Assembly: GCA_904419725.1 (NCBI GenBank)
Contig: CAJFSP010000003.1
Location: 33,139-97,138, forward strand
From: Candidatus Heteroclostridium caecigallinarum
GTDB taxonomy: Bacteria; Bacillota; Clostridia; Christensenellales; CAG-314
Direction of reading: 5' to 3'
DNA: 64,000 nucleotides
In this document: positions 46,446-55,928 of the stretch, one piece after another
Position numbering within the stretch: position 1 is the first letter of the stretch
Layout: each line of letters begins with the position of its first letter
Translations under genes and position numbers: made by a program
Notes under the pieces: model-generated
Seen by the model: the letters and a program-made list of their open reading frames with translations, nothing else
Databases searched by the model: none
What the model was told of the DNA's origin: nothing

Positions 46446-46694
46446 ATGAAAACGTGTGAATTCAACGTTGGCGAAAACGTGATTTACGACGCGCGCATGG
46501 CGGGCGAACTGGTGACCGCGGTATCGAAATTTTCATCCAACGTATTCATTATGGCGGGCAACGCGAGAGTCAACGCAAAAAGCATTATAGGCGTGATTTC
46601 TCTTGCGCTCAAACCGGGCGACAAAGTGGCGGTGAGCGCTCAGGGTTCCGACGAGACCCAGGCCGCCGAAACCGTCGAAAAACTTCTGGGCTGA
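46446..46694 (+). CDS. crh: HPr-family protein of Crh type (Asp at the His15 position, Ser46 retained)
   Basis: 82 aa. VIYDARMAGELV aligns with HPr GIHARPA. VNAKSIIGVISL keeps the HprK target Ser. AAGGAGG SD. Confidence 0.85.
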   Translation: MKTCEFNVGENVIYDARMAGELVTAVSKFSSNVFIMAGNARVNAKSIIGVISLALKPGDKVAVSAQGSDETQAAETVEKLLG

Positions 46695-46709
46695 AACAAC
46701 GGGGTATAG

Positions 46710-49700
46710 ATGGGAGAGTTTGTACATTTGCACCTGCACACGCAGTACAGTCTGCTGGACGGCGCGACGAAAATAGACAGTCTTTTTGACAGATGCAAAG
46801 AACTCGGCATGCCTGCCGTGGCCATTACCGACCACGGCAATATGTACGGCGCTTATCAGTTTTTTCTCAAAGGCAGGGAAAAGGGCGTCAAACCAATCAT
46901 AGGGTGCGAGTTTTATATAGTCGATGACCTGACGGTCAAAAGCGGCAAGGTGATGGGAGATTTCAATCACCTTATTTTGCTTGCGCGCGACAACAGGGGT
47001 TATAAAAGTCTGGTCAAACTCAATTCCATCGCGTTTGTGGACGGGTTTTATTACAAACCCCGCATCGATTTCAAAACGCTGAGCCAGCACGCCGACGGAC
47101 TGATATGCCTGTCGGCGTGCCTCGCGGGCGAACTGCCGCGGCTCATTATGGACGGCAGGCTTGCCGACGCCGAAAAAACCGCGCTGAAATACAAAGCGCT
47201 TTTCGGAGAGTATTACTATCTCGAATTGCAGGACCACGGCATACCCGAGCAGAAACTCGTCAACGCCCGTCTCATAGAGATGTCGAAAAAACTGGGCATT
47301 CCGCTTGTCGCCACCAACGACGTGCACTATCTCAGGCGCGAGGACGCCGAGGTGCAGGACGTGCTTATGTGCATCCAGATGCAAAAGACGCTGGACGACA
47401 AAAACCGAATGAAGTTTTCCACCGACGAGTTTTATCTCAAAAGCGGCGAAGAGATGGAGGCGCTGTTTTCCGCCGTGCCGGAGGCGCTGGCAAACACCGT
47501 AAAAATCGCCGATATGTGCGATGTCACCATTGAAAAGGAAAACTTAATCCCGAATTACGTCCCCGACAACGGGCAGACGCCGTACGACTTTCTGCGCGGC
47601 CTGATGGAAGAAGGGCTTAAAAAACGCTACGACGAAATAACGCCGGAAATCAGGGAAAGGGCGGAATACGAACTGGGCGTAATCGCCAAAATGGGGTTTG
47701 TGGAATATTATCTCATCGTTTGGGATTTCATAAATTACGCCAAAAGCATAGGCGTCAACGTGGGGCCGGGCAGGGGCAGCGGCGCCGGCAGCATAATCGC
47801 TTACGCGATAGGCATAACAAACATTGACCCGCTGCGCTTTAACCTGCTGTTCGAGCGGTTTCTCAACCCTGAAAGGGTCAGTATGCCCGATTTCGACATT
47901 GACTTTCGCGACGACAGGCGCGAGGAAATAATCGAATACGTTACCAACAAATACGGCAGAGACAAGGTCTCGCAAATCATAACTTTCGGCACGCTCAAAG
48001 CCAAAAACGCCATAAAGGACGTGGGCAGGGTGCTTAACGTGCCGTACAGCGAGCGTGACAGGGTCACGAAACTCATGACTTCCAACCTGAAATGCAACAT
48101 CGACATGGAATTCGGTTTCGTGCCGCCGGGCAAGGACTATCCCGACCCCGACCCGGAACTCAAAGAAATTTACAAAAGCGATTTGCAGATTCAAAGGGTG
48201 GTGGACATCGCCAGAGGGCTGGAAGGCATGCCGAAAAACACCTCGAAGCACGCCGCGGGCGTTGTTATATGCAGGTATGACATTTCCGACCATGTGCCGC
48301 TGCAGCGCAACGGCGAAGACATAACCACCCAGTACGATAAAAACGAGGTGGAGCAGCTGGGCATGCTCAAAATGGACTTTTTGGGTCTGCGCACGCTTAC
48401 CGATATCGCCAAGGCGATAGAACTTATTAAAGCCAACAAGGGTGTGGACATTTCTTTCGACAGAGAGACTTACGACGACCCGCAGGTGTTCGAGCTGATA
48501 TCCGGCGGCGACACCGACGCCGTGTTTCAGCTTGAAAGCCCAGGCATGAAAAAACTCATGACCAGGCTCAGGCCGAACTCGCTGGAAGACATAATAGCCG
48601 GTATCTCGCTGTTCCGTCCCGGCCCGATGGCTTCCATAGACGACTATATCGAGGGTAAAAACAACCCGGAAAAGGTCAAATACAAACACCCGCTCCTTAA
48701 ACAGACGCTGGACGTGACATACGGCTGCATGGTGTATCAGGAGCAGGTCATGAAGATTGTGCAGGACATCGCCGGGTACAGTCTGGGGCAGGCCGATATC
48801 ATAAGGCGAGTCATGTCCAAGAAAAAAGCCAGCGAGATGGCCAAGCACAAGGACTATTTCATTAACGGTCAGAAAGACAAAAACGGCAATGTCATCATCG
48901 AGGGCGCGGTTGCCAGGGGCGTCGACCCCGCGGTGGCGGAAAGCATTTTCGCCGAAATGGCGAAATTCGCCGAATACGCTTTCAACAAATCGCACGCGGC
49001 GTGCTACGCCGTCGTGGCGTACCAGACGGCGTATCTCAAAAGATATTATCCGATTGAGTTTCTGGCGGCGGTGCTCAACAACCGTATCGACAACACCGAC
49101 GAAGTCACGAAATATATAGGCTACTGCCGGGAAAAGGGCATCAAGGTGCTGCCGCCCGACATCAACGAAAGCGACGTTGAGTTTTCCGTCAAGGGCGATG
49201 AAGTGCGTTTCGGCCTGATGGCAATTAAAAACGTGGGCGAAAACGCCCTGCGCGTGATAGTGGACGAACGGAAAGCCCACGGCGCGTACACGGGGCTGGA
49301 AGACCTGCTGTCGCGGCTGCCGCTGGGCACCGTCAACAAGCGCGCGGTGGAAAGCATGATAAAGGCGGGCGTGTTCGACAGTTTCGGCGCGCGGCGCTCG
49401 CAGCTCATGGCGGTTTACGAAAAGATGATGGACATCGCCATCGCCGACCGCAAACAGAAGGAAAGCGGGCAGTTTTCCATGTTCGAGATGCTGGGCGGAG
49501 GGGGTTCTTCGGTGAAAGTGCCGCTGCCCGATATACCCGAATACGACGACAAATACAAATTCGACCTGGAAAAGGAAGTCCTCGGCATGTACGTCACGGG
49601 ACACCCGTTGCAGAATGTGGCGGAAGAAATGAAAAACTTTTCCTTCAACACCGGCGTTTTGCAGGATTTAATGGAGGAAACCGAAGAGGGCGAAGAGGGC

Positions 49701-50228
49701 GAGAGCGGTTACAGCCAGGAACTTCTGGCGCTCAACCACAGCAAAGTAACCATGGGCGGCATACTTTCCGGCGTGACCAAAAAGATAACCAAGTCGAACA
49801 ACACCATGGCCACGGCAAGGCTGGAAGACCTTTACGGCGGCATTGACCTGGTGCTGTTTTCCAGAACTTACGAAAACCTTAAAGACAGGCTTGTGAACGA
49901 CGCCATGGTGAAAATCAAAGGCACGCTGGTCATCGAGGAGGGTTACGCCCCGAAAATCAACGTGGAAGATTTGCGTGAGTGGCGCGCGGGCGAGCAGAAG
50001 CCGCAAGAGCCGCAAAAGGTTACAAAACTGTATATCAACCTGACCGATGAAAGCAAATACGACGACGTCGTGTCGGTGCTGGAAGGCTACGAAGGCGGTC
50101 TGCCCGTGGTGCTGGTCAAGGGCGGCAAAGGTTTTGCCCTTCCGCTCAAAGTCAGGGAGTGCAGGGCGCTGCATATCGAACTCGACGAACTCATAGGCGA
50201 ACAAAACGTAAAACTCGTGCAGAGGTGA
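46710..50228 (+). CDS. dnaE: DNA polymerase III alpha subunit (DnaE type)
   Basis: 1172 aa. N-terminal PHP FVHLHLHTQYSLLDG, palm PDFDIDF, and an OB fold near the C-terminus. Confidence 0.97.
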   Translation: MGEFVHLHLHTQYSLLDGATKIDSLFDRCKELGMPAVAITDHGNMYGAYQFFLKGREKGVKPIIGCEFYIVDDLTVKSGKVMGDFNHLILLARDNRGYKSLVKLNSIAFVDGFYYKPRIDFKTLSQHADGLICLSACLAGELPRLIMDGRLADAEKTALKYKALFGEYYYLELQDHGIPEQKLVNARLIEMSKKLGIPLVATNDVHYLRREDAEVQDVLMCIQMQKTLDDKNRMKFSTDEFYLKSGEEMEALFSAVPEALANTVKIADMCDVTIEKENLIPNYVPDNGQTPYDFLRGLMEEGLKKRYDEITPEIRERAEYELGVIAKMGFVEYYLIVWDFINYAKSIGVNVGPGRGSGAGSIIAYAIGITNIDPLRFNLLFERFLNPERVSMPDFDIDFRDDRREEIIEYVTNKYGRDKVSQIITFGTLKAKNAIKDVGRVLNVPYSERDRVTKLMTSNLKCNIDMEFGFVPPGKDYPDPDPELKEIYKSDLQIQRVVDIARGLEGMPKNTSKHAAGVVICRYDISDHVPLQRNGEDITTQYDKNEVEQLGMLKMDFLGLRTLTDIAKAIELIKANKGVDISFDRETYDDPQVFELISGGDTDAVFQLESPGMKKLMTRLRPNSLEDIIAGISLFRPGPMASIDDYIEGKNNPEKVKYKHPLLKQTLDVTYGCMVYQEQVMKIVQDIAGYSLGQADIIRRVMSKKKASEMAKHKDYFINGQKDKNGNVIIEGAVARGVDPAVAESIFAEMAKFAEYAFNKSHAACYAVVAYQTAYLKRYYPIEFLAAVLNNRIDNTDEVTKYIGYCREKGIKVLPPDINESDVEFSVKGDEVRFGLMAIKNVGENALRVIVDERKAHGAYTGLEDLLSRLPLGTVNKRAVESMIKAGVFDSFGARRSQLMAVYEKMMDIAIADRKQKESGQFSMFEMLGGGGSSVKVPLPDIPEYDDKYKFDLEKEVLGMYVTGHPLQNVAEEMKNFSFNTGVLQDLMEETEEGEEGESGYSQELLALNHSKVTMGGILSGVTKKITKSNNTMATARLEDLYGGIDLVLFSRTYENLKDRLVNDAMVKIKGTLVIEEGYAPKINVEDLREWRAGEQKPQEPQKVTKLYINLTDESKYDDVVSVLEGYEGGLPVVLVKGGKGFALPLKVRECRALHIELDELIGEQNVKLVQR

Positions 50229-50232
50229 AAAT

Positions 50233-50469
50233 ATGGACAACAATAATTTTGAGGCGATGGAAAACGAATATATATGCGTCAAGGCTTTGCAGCCGGGCAC
50301 GCAGATCATAGGTCTGACCAGAGGCAGCGAAACAAAAAGTCATCATACCGAAAACCTGGATAAAGGCGAAGTCATTATTTTGCAGTTTACCGAAAAGACG
50401 TCGGCAATCAAAATAAGGGGCAACGCCGAGGTTTACACAAAATACGGCATGATAAAGGCGGAAAAATAA
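50233..50469 (+). CDS. mtrB: trp RNA-binding attenuation protein (TRAP) homolog
   Basis: 78 aa. YICVKALQPGTQIIGLTRGSETKSHHTENLDKGEVIILQFTEKTSAIKIRGNAEVYTKYGMI is colinear with B. subtilis MtrB ([62 protein letters not shown]). GAGGTG SD. Confidence 0.85.
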   Translation: MDNNNFEAMENEYICVKALQPGTQIIGLTRGSETKSHHTENLDKGEVIILQFTEKTSAIKIRGNAEVYTKYGMIKAEK

Positions 50470-51273
50470 ATGAACAGAGATTTTTCGGCGGCGAACAGAA
50501 TCGTCGTCAAAGTGGGCACTTCCGCCCTTACTTACGAAACGGGCAAACTCAACTTTTACCGTATAGACAGACTGGCGCGCGACCTTTGCGACCTGAAAAA
50601 CAGGGGCAAAGAAGTGCTGCTGGTGTCGTCGGGCGCGATAGCCGCCGGCGTCAACAGACTGCACCTGCCGCAGAAACCCGACACCGTCAGCGGCAGGCAG
50701 GCAATGGCGTGCGTGGGGCAGTCGGCGCTGATGGAACTGTATAACAAGTGTTTTGCCGATTACGGCTACAACGCCGGGCAGTTTCTGCTGACCAAGGACG
50801 TGTTCGACAACGCCGAGCGCAAAAAGAACTTCCAGAACACGGTGGAAGAAATGCTCAAATACAACGTCATACCCGTCATCAACGAAAACGACTCCATCTC
50901 CATTGAGGAAATAAAGTTCGGCGACAACGACAATCTGTCGTCGCTGGTGGCGCGGCTGGTCCACGCCGACCTGCTTATTTTGCTTTCCGACATCGACGGC
51001 GTGTACGACAAAGACCCGAGAAGCAACGCCGACGCCAGACTCATCCACACGGTGGAAGATTTGTCGGCGGAAATCAAGTGCGACAAATCCGCCAAACCGG
51101 GCGCGCTGGGCACCGGCGGAATCTACACAAAAATCACCGCCTGCGCCGACGCCGCGCGCAACGGTATAGACGCCGTGGTGGCGAATTCCAAAAACATGAA
51201 CGTCATTTACGACATTCTGGAAGGCAAAGACGTCGGCACATATTTCGTGGGGGACAAGAAAAATGGACGCTAA
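50470..51273 (+). CDS. proB: Glutamate 5-kinase (short form without PUA domain)
   Basis: 267 aa. RIVVKVGTSALT, LVSSGAIAAG, NENDSI, FGDNDNLS. Confidence 0.95.
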   Translation: MNRDFSAANRIVVKVGTSALTYETGKLNFYRIDRLARDLCDLKNRGKEVLLVSSGAIAAGVNRLHLPQKPDTVSGRQAMACVGQSALMELYNKCFADYGYNAGQFLLTKDVFDNAERKKNFQNTVEEMLKYNVIPVINENDSISIEEIKFGDNDNLSSLVARLVHADLLILLSDIDGVYDKDPRSNADARLIHTVEDLSAEIKCDKSAKPGALGTGGIYTKITACADAARNGIDAVVANSKNMNVIYDILEGKDVGTYFVGDKKNGR

Positions 51274-52519
51274 ACAATATCTGGAAGAATACGGCGCGAA
51301 AGCGAGAGCGGCGGTGGTGTCGCTTGCCAACTCTCCTGTGGAGCGGCGCAACGACGCCCTTAAAAAACTGGCGGAAATAATAGAAAACAGCAAGGACGAA
51401 ATTTACGCCGTAAATAAACTCGACGTGGAATACGCGCGGGAAAAAGGCTTGTCGTCCGCCATGGTGGACAGACTTGTGCTCAACGAAAAGCGCGTTCACG
51501 ACATGACCAAGGGGCTGGAACAGCTGATTAATCTGCAAGAATACTGCAACAAGGTGGAAAGCGTGTATGAAAGACCCGACGGGCTTGTCATCAAAAAAAT
51601 TCTGGTGCCGCTGGGCGTTATAGCCATTATTTATGAATCGCGCCCGAACGTGACGGTGGACGCCGCGGGGCTTTGCATAAAGAGCGGCAACGTGTGCATT
51701 CTGCGCGGCGGCAGCGAGGCTATCAACACCAACAAACTGCTGGCATTGTACGTGCGCAGGGCGCTGGAAGAGGCGGGGCTCAGCGGCGACTCGGTGCAGC
51801 TCATACAGAACACCGACAGGGCGATAGCCAACGAACTCATGCGGCTGGATAAGTATGTGGATTTGCTCATCCCGCGCGGCAGCGCCGGGCTTATCAACGC
51901 CGTGACGCAAAACTCCACCGTGCCCGTGATACAAACGGGGGCGGGCAACTGCCATATATACGTGGAGAAGACCGCCGACCGGCAAATGGCGGTGGACATA
52001 ATAGAAAACGCCAAAATACAAAAACCGTCGGCGTGCAACTCGGTGGAAAAAATTCTGGTGGACAGGGATATACTCGCCGAATTTCTGCCTGAACTCAACG
52101 AGCGCATGAAGAAAGACGGCGTGACCGTCAAAGGGTGCGAAGAATGCCGCGCCGTTTGCGGCGATATTCTGCCCGCCACGGAAGAGGACTGGTACAAGGA
52201 ATACAACGACCTGATTCTCGCGGTGAAAGCCGTGAGCGGCATCGACGAGGCGCTTGCCAGAATCGACAAATATTCCACCAAACACTCGGAGGCAATCATC
52301 ACGGGCGACGCCGCCCTCGCGGACAAGTTTATGCGCGGGGTGGACAGCGCCGCCGTGTATCACAACGCTTCCACGCGGTTTTCCGACGGGTTCGAGTTCG
52401 GCATGGGGGCGGAAATAGGCATCAGCACGCAGAAACTGCACGCCAGGGGACCTATGGGTCTCAGGGAACTGTACACCTGCAAATACCTTGTCGAGGGCAA
52501 GGGCAACATACGCAAGTAA
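51263..52519 (+). CDS. proA: Gamma-glutamyl phosphate reductase
   Basis: 418 aa. ILRGGSEA, ACNSVEKILV (catalytic Cys), NASTRFSDGFEFG. 11-nt overlap with proB. Confidence 0.95.
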   Translation: MDAKQYLEEYGAKARAAVVSLANSPVERRNDALKKLAEIIENSKDEIYAVNKLDVEYAREKGLSSAMVDRLVLNEKRVHDMTKGLEQLINLQEYCNKVESVYERPDGLVIKKILVPLGVIAIIYESRPNVTVDAAGLCIKSGNVCILRGGSEAINTNKLLALYVRRALEEAGLSGDSVQLIQNTDRAIANELMRLDKYVDLLIPRGSAGLINAVTQNSTVPVIQTGAGNCHIYVEKTADRQMAVDIIENAKIQKPSACNSVEKILVDRDILAEFLPELNERMKKDGVTVKGCEECRAVCGDILPATEEDWYKEYNDLILAVKAVSGIDEALARIDKYSTKHSEAIITGDAALADKFMRGVDSAAVYHNASTRFSDGFEFGMGAEIGISTQKLHARGPMGLRELYTCKYLVEGKGNIRK

Positions 52520-52520
52520 T

Positions 52521-53867
52521 ATGGGCAGAAAAGTAACGCTTAAAATTTCGGCGACGGGCACGAGGGGAGAGGGCATCGCTTATCACGACGGGCTGACCTG
52601 TTTCGTGCCTTTTTGCCTGCCCGGCGAGGAGGTCGAGGCGGAAATCGTGTCATCGCGCGGCGGCGTGGCGGACGCCCGCCTTGTCAAAGTGCTGAAATCG
52701 GTCAACGGACGGGTGAAACCGCGCTGCGCTCTGTTCGGCAAGTGCGGCGGCTGCGACTTGCAGTTTATGTCGTATGAAACGCAGTTGGAATTCAAACGCC
52801 GCCTGGTGCAAAATAATCTCCGCAAAATAGGCGGAACAGACTTCGAGCCGGAAGCCGTCGTGCCCAGCGACAGGCCTTTCGGCTACCGCAACAAATTGCA
52901 GGTGCCTTTCGGCAAAATCAACGGGCAAATCGTCAGCGGATTTTACGCCGCCGGCACGCACGACATAGTGGCGGGCGGCTCGTGTCCGTTGCAGGACGGC
53001 TGGGCGGACTTGATACGCCGTGTCGTTGCCGGCTTTGCCGCCGATTGCGGCATCGGGATTTATGACGAAAAGAGCGGCAGGGGGCTTTTGCGCCACCTTG
53101 TGGCGAGATATATCGACGGGCAGCTGCTTGCCGCCGTTGTCATCAACGGCGACGAACTGCCGATGGCGGACGAACTTGAAAGGCGGGTGGCGGAGGCTTT
53201 CGACAGATACGGGCTGTTTGTCAACGTAAACAAAAAGCGCACCAACGTGATTATGGGCGGCAAGACGATTCACGTCGGCGGCATCCGTTACATCGAAAGT
53301 CAGACCTGCGGCGTGAAATACCGTTTGCAGCCCGAAAGTTTCTTTCAGATAAACGACAACGTGCGCGACAAACTGTACGCCGCCGCTTCGACGCTTGTTT
53401 CGGGCGGGGCGTGTGACAACGTGATAGACGCTTTTTCGGGCGTGGGCGTGCTTTCGGGCGTGCTGGCGAAAAGCGGGGCGAACGTGTACGGCATAGAAAT
53501 CGTGCCGCAGGCGGTGGCAGACGCCGACAGCCTTAAACAACGCAACGGAATAACCAATCTCACCAACATATGCGGCGACGTCAATGTCGAACTCGTGCGG
53601 CTTTGCCAAAGGCTGAAAGGGCAAAAAACCGCTTTGGTGTTCGACCCGCCGAGAAAAGGGCTCGCGCCCGAAACAAAGGCGGCGGCGCTGGCGGCGGAGC
53701 CTGAAAAAATCGTGTATATCAGCTGCGACAGCGCCACTCTCGCAAGGGATATAAAGGATTTGTCGGCGAAATACAAACTGGAAACGTGCCGTCCGTTCGA
53801 CATGTTTCCGCAGACGGCGGCGGTGGAAACGCTGTGCCTGCTGACCAGAAACAGACATTCCGGCTGA
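52521..53867 (+). CDS. rlmD: 23S rRNA (uracil-C5)-methyltransferase, RlmD/RumA family (TRAM + Fe-S Cys cluster + MTase)
   Basis: ORF 52488..53867. ATG 52521 preferred. TRAM N-terminus, CALFGKCGGCDLQ cluster, FFQIN, DPPRKG, YISCD. Confidence 0.88.
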   Translation: MGRKVTLKISATGTRGEGIAYHDGLTCFVPFCLPGEEVEAEIVSSRGGVADARLVKVLKSVNGRVKPRCALFGKCGGCDLQFMSYETQLEFKRRLVQNNLRKIGGTDFEPEAVVPSDRPFGYRNKLQVPFGKINGQIVSGFYAAGTHDIVAGGSCPLQDGWADLIRRVVAGFAADCGIGIYDEKSGRGLLRHLVARYIDGQLLAAVVINGDELPMADELERRVAEAFDRYGLFVNVNKKRTNVIMGGKTIHVGGIRYIESQTCGVKYRLQPESFFQINDNVRDKLYAAASTLVSGGACDNVIDAFSGVGVLSGVLAKSGANVYGIEIVPQAVADADSLKQRNGITNLTNICGDVNVELVRLCQRLKGQKTALVFDPPRKGLAPETKAAALAAEPEKIVYISCDSATLARDIKDLSAKYKLETCRPFDMFPQTAAVETLCLLTRNRHSG

Positions 53868-53908
53868 CAATATGCCAAAAGAGTTTTGCCGGACGTGTTA
53901 AAACAACG

Positions 53909-53936
53909 GAAGAGGACGCATGTCCTCTTTTTTTGT
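53909..53936 (+). terminator. Terminator after rlmD
   Basis: aagaggac-gcat-gtcctctt followed by ttttt. Confidence 0.85.
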
Positions 53937-54067
53937 ATCTTTTACCTTGCGTATTATTAGCGTGTTGAGCAACAAGCCTTCCTTCATATTGAGCATGATA
54001 CAAAGCGATTGTCGCACGCCGACGCAAAAACCGCGGCGGCGGAATGCCATCCTTGTTTTTGTCGTTT

Positions 54068-54092
54068 TTGCATAAAAATATTATTTATGCAA
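54068..54092. promoter_or_regulatory. 25-bp AT-rich palindrome upstream of argG, candidate ArgR/AhrC operator
   Basis: TTGCATAAA-aatatta-TTTATGCAA with perfect 9-bp arms, about 140 nt upstream of argG in an AT-rich promoter region. Confidence 0.45.
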
Positions 54093-54233
54093 CTATTTTT
54101 GTATATACACGGTATTTATGAGATTAAAATCAAAAAATATTCATAAAATTGTGTTAAAACGCTTGCCTTTTTTTATATATGATGTAAAATATGTACATCA
54201 AAAATCTTTCGGAACAAACAAGGAGAAAATATC

Positions 54234-55457
54234 ATGAGCGACATCAAAAAAGTTGTGCTGGCTTATTCCGGCGGACTGGATACTTCAATAATAATTCCGT
54301 GGCTTAAAGAAAACTACGACAACTGCGAAGTCATCGCCGTTGCCGGCAACGTCGGTCAGGGGCAGGAACTCAAAGGGCTGGAAGAAAAAGCCAAAAAAAC
54401 AGGCGCTTCCAAACTGTATATAGCCGACCTCACCAAAGAGTTTGTGGAAGACTATATCTTCCCTACGGTGAAAGCCGGCGCCGTTTATGAAAACCGTTAT
54501 CTTTTGGGCACGTCGTTCGCCCGCCCGGTAATCGCCAAAAAACTTGTGGAAATCGCTTTGGCGGAAGGCGCCGACGCCATATGCCACGGCTGCACCGGCA
54601 AGGGCAACGACCAGGTCAGGTTCGAACTGGCGATAAAAGCCTTTGCTCCAAATATGAAAATCATCGCTCCTTGGCGTATATGGAACATAAAATCGCGCGA
54701 CGAGGAAATCGACTACGCCATAGCGCACAACGTGGATATCCCGATAACCCGCGAAACCAACTATTCGAAAGACAAAAACCTGTGGCATCTTTCGCACGAG
54801 GGCATGGATCTGGAAGACCCGGCAAACGAGCCGATGTACGACAAGATTCTGGAACTCGGCGTAACTCCGGAAAAAGCGCCCGACAAACCTACTTACGTCA
54901 CCATCGGTTTTGAAAAAGGCGTGCCGGTGTCCATCGACGGCAAAAAGACCGAGAGCGTGGCGCTGGTGGAATATCTCAACAAAATCGGCGGCGAAAACGG
55001 CATAGGCATTGCCGATATCGTGGAAAACCGCCTTGTGGGCATGAAATCGCGCGGCGTGTATGAAACGCCGGGCGGCACCATTCTCTATCACGCCCACGAA
55101 GTGCTGGAAACGCTGTGCCTTGACAAGGAAACCCAGCACTACAAACAGCAGGTGGCTTTGAAGTTTGCCGACATAGTTTACAACGGTCAGTGGTTCACGC
55201 CGCTGCGCGAGGCGCTCTCCGCCTTTGTGGACGAAACGCAAAAGACCGTCACCGGCGAAGTGAAACTCAAACTGTACAAGGGCAACATAATCAACGCCGG
55301 CGTAACGTCGCCTTATTCGCTCTATAACGAAGACATCGCCACTTTCGGCGAAGACGACTGCTATGACCAGAAAGATTCCGCCGGGTTCATCAACCTGTTC
55401 GGCCTGCCGATAAAGGTCAGGGCGCTTATGCAGCAGAAGGTCAAAAACGGCAAATAA
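54234..55457 (+). CDS. argG: Argininosuccinate synthase
   Basis: 407 aa. [22 protein letters not shown], and full colinearity with ArgG. Confidence 0.97.
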   Translation: MSDIKKVVLAYSGGLDTSIIIPWLKENYDNCEVIAVAGNVGQGQELKGLEEKAKKTGASKLYIADLTKEFVEDYIFPTVKAGAVYENRYLLGTSFARPVIAKKLVEIALAEGADAICHGCTGKGNDQVRFELAIKAFAPNMKIIAPWRIWNIKSRDEEIDYAIAHNVDIPITRETNYSKDKNLWHLSHEGMDLEDPANEPMYDKILELGVTPEKAPDKPTYVTIGFEKGVPVSIDGKKTESVALVEYLNKIGGENGIGIADIVENRLVGMKSRGVYETPGGTILYHAHEVLETLCLDKETQHYKQQVALKFADIVYNGQWFTPLREALSAFVDETQKTVTGEVKLKLYKGNIINAGVTSPYSLYNEDIATFGEDDCYDQKDSAGFINLFGLPIKVRALMQQKVKNGK

Positions 55458-55484
55458 TCAAAGATATTTATCAATAACGGTTCC

Positions 55485-55516
55485 GTTTTGGCATACGTCT
55501 GGGCGTATGCCAAAAC
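55485..55516 (+). other. Perfect 13-bp stem hairpin after argG (terminator-like but without a clean U-tract)
   Basis: gttttggcatacg-tctggg-cgtatgccaaaac. Confidence 0.6.
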
Positions 55517-55928
55517 TTGTTATCATAAAACTGACAATATATAAACGATAATTTTTGAAGAATGATAATTTTTTAAGAATTATCTTTTCATTAAAAACAA
55601 AAAAGCAAAAAAAAGTAGCACCCGCAAGAAGCATTATCTTCTCGCAATTGGCTGTATGCCGTGCTACATTGTTTAGTACATTTTCAAGCGACGAAAAAGT
55701 CAAGCGGAGCAAACGGACAAGACAAAAAAGAGTTTTGAGGGATTTCGCGCATTAAAATACGCTAAAAATAAAGGCAACGGCTTGTTGCCATTGCCTAAAA
55801 AGCAAAGCGACCCAACTGGATATCGGCAATTGCCTCACCGTGATTTTGTCTGAACCAGACTCACGCTTGCGATAATATTATATCGACAACTTATTAAAAA
55901 GTCAAACAGCAGATAACAGGGTGAAATC

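Noticed and set aside
47544-49604. 686-aa ORF on the minus strand
   Set aside because: It lies entirely antisense to dnaE, whose identity is unambiguous. Its translation is a low-complexity R/H/V/F-rich string with no start context. This is the typical shadow ORF of a GC-rich coding strand.
53719-54027. Short ORFs in the rlmD-argG intergenic region
   Set aside because: They overlap the rlmD 3' end and its terminator. They have no SD and no recognisable protein features.
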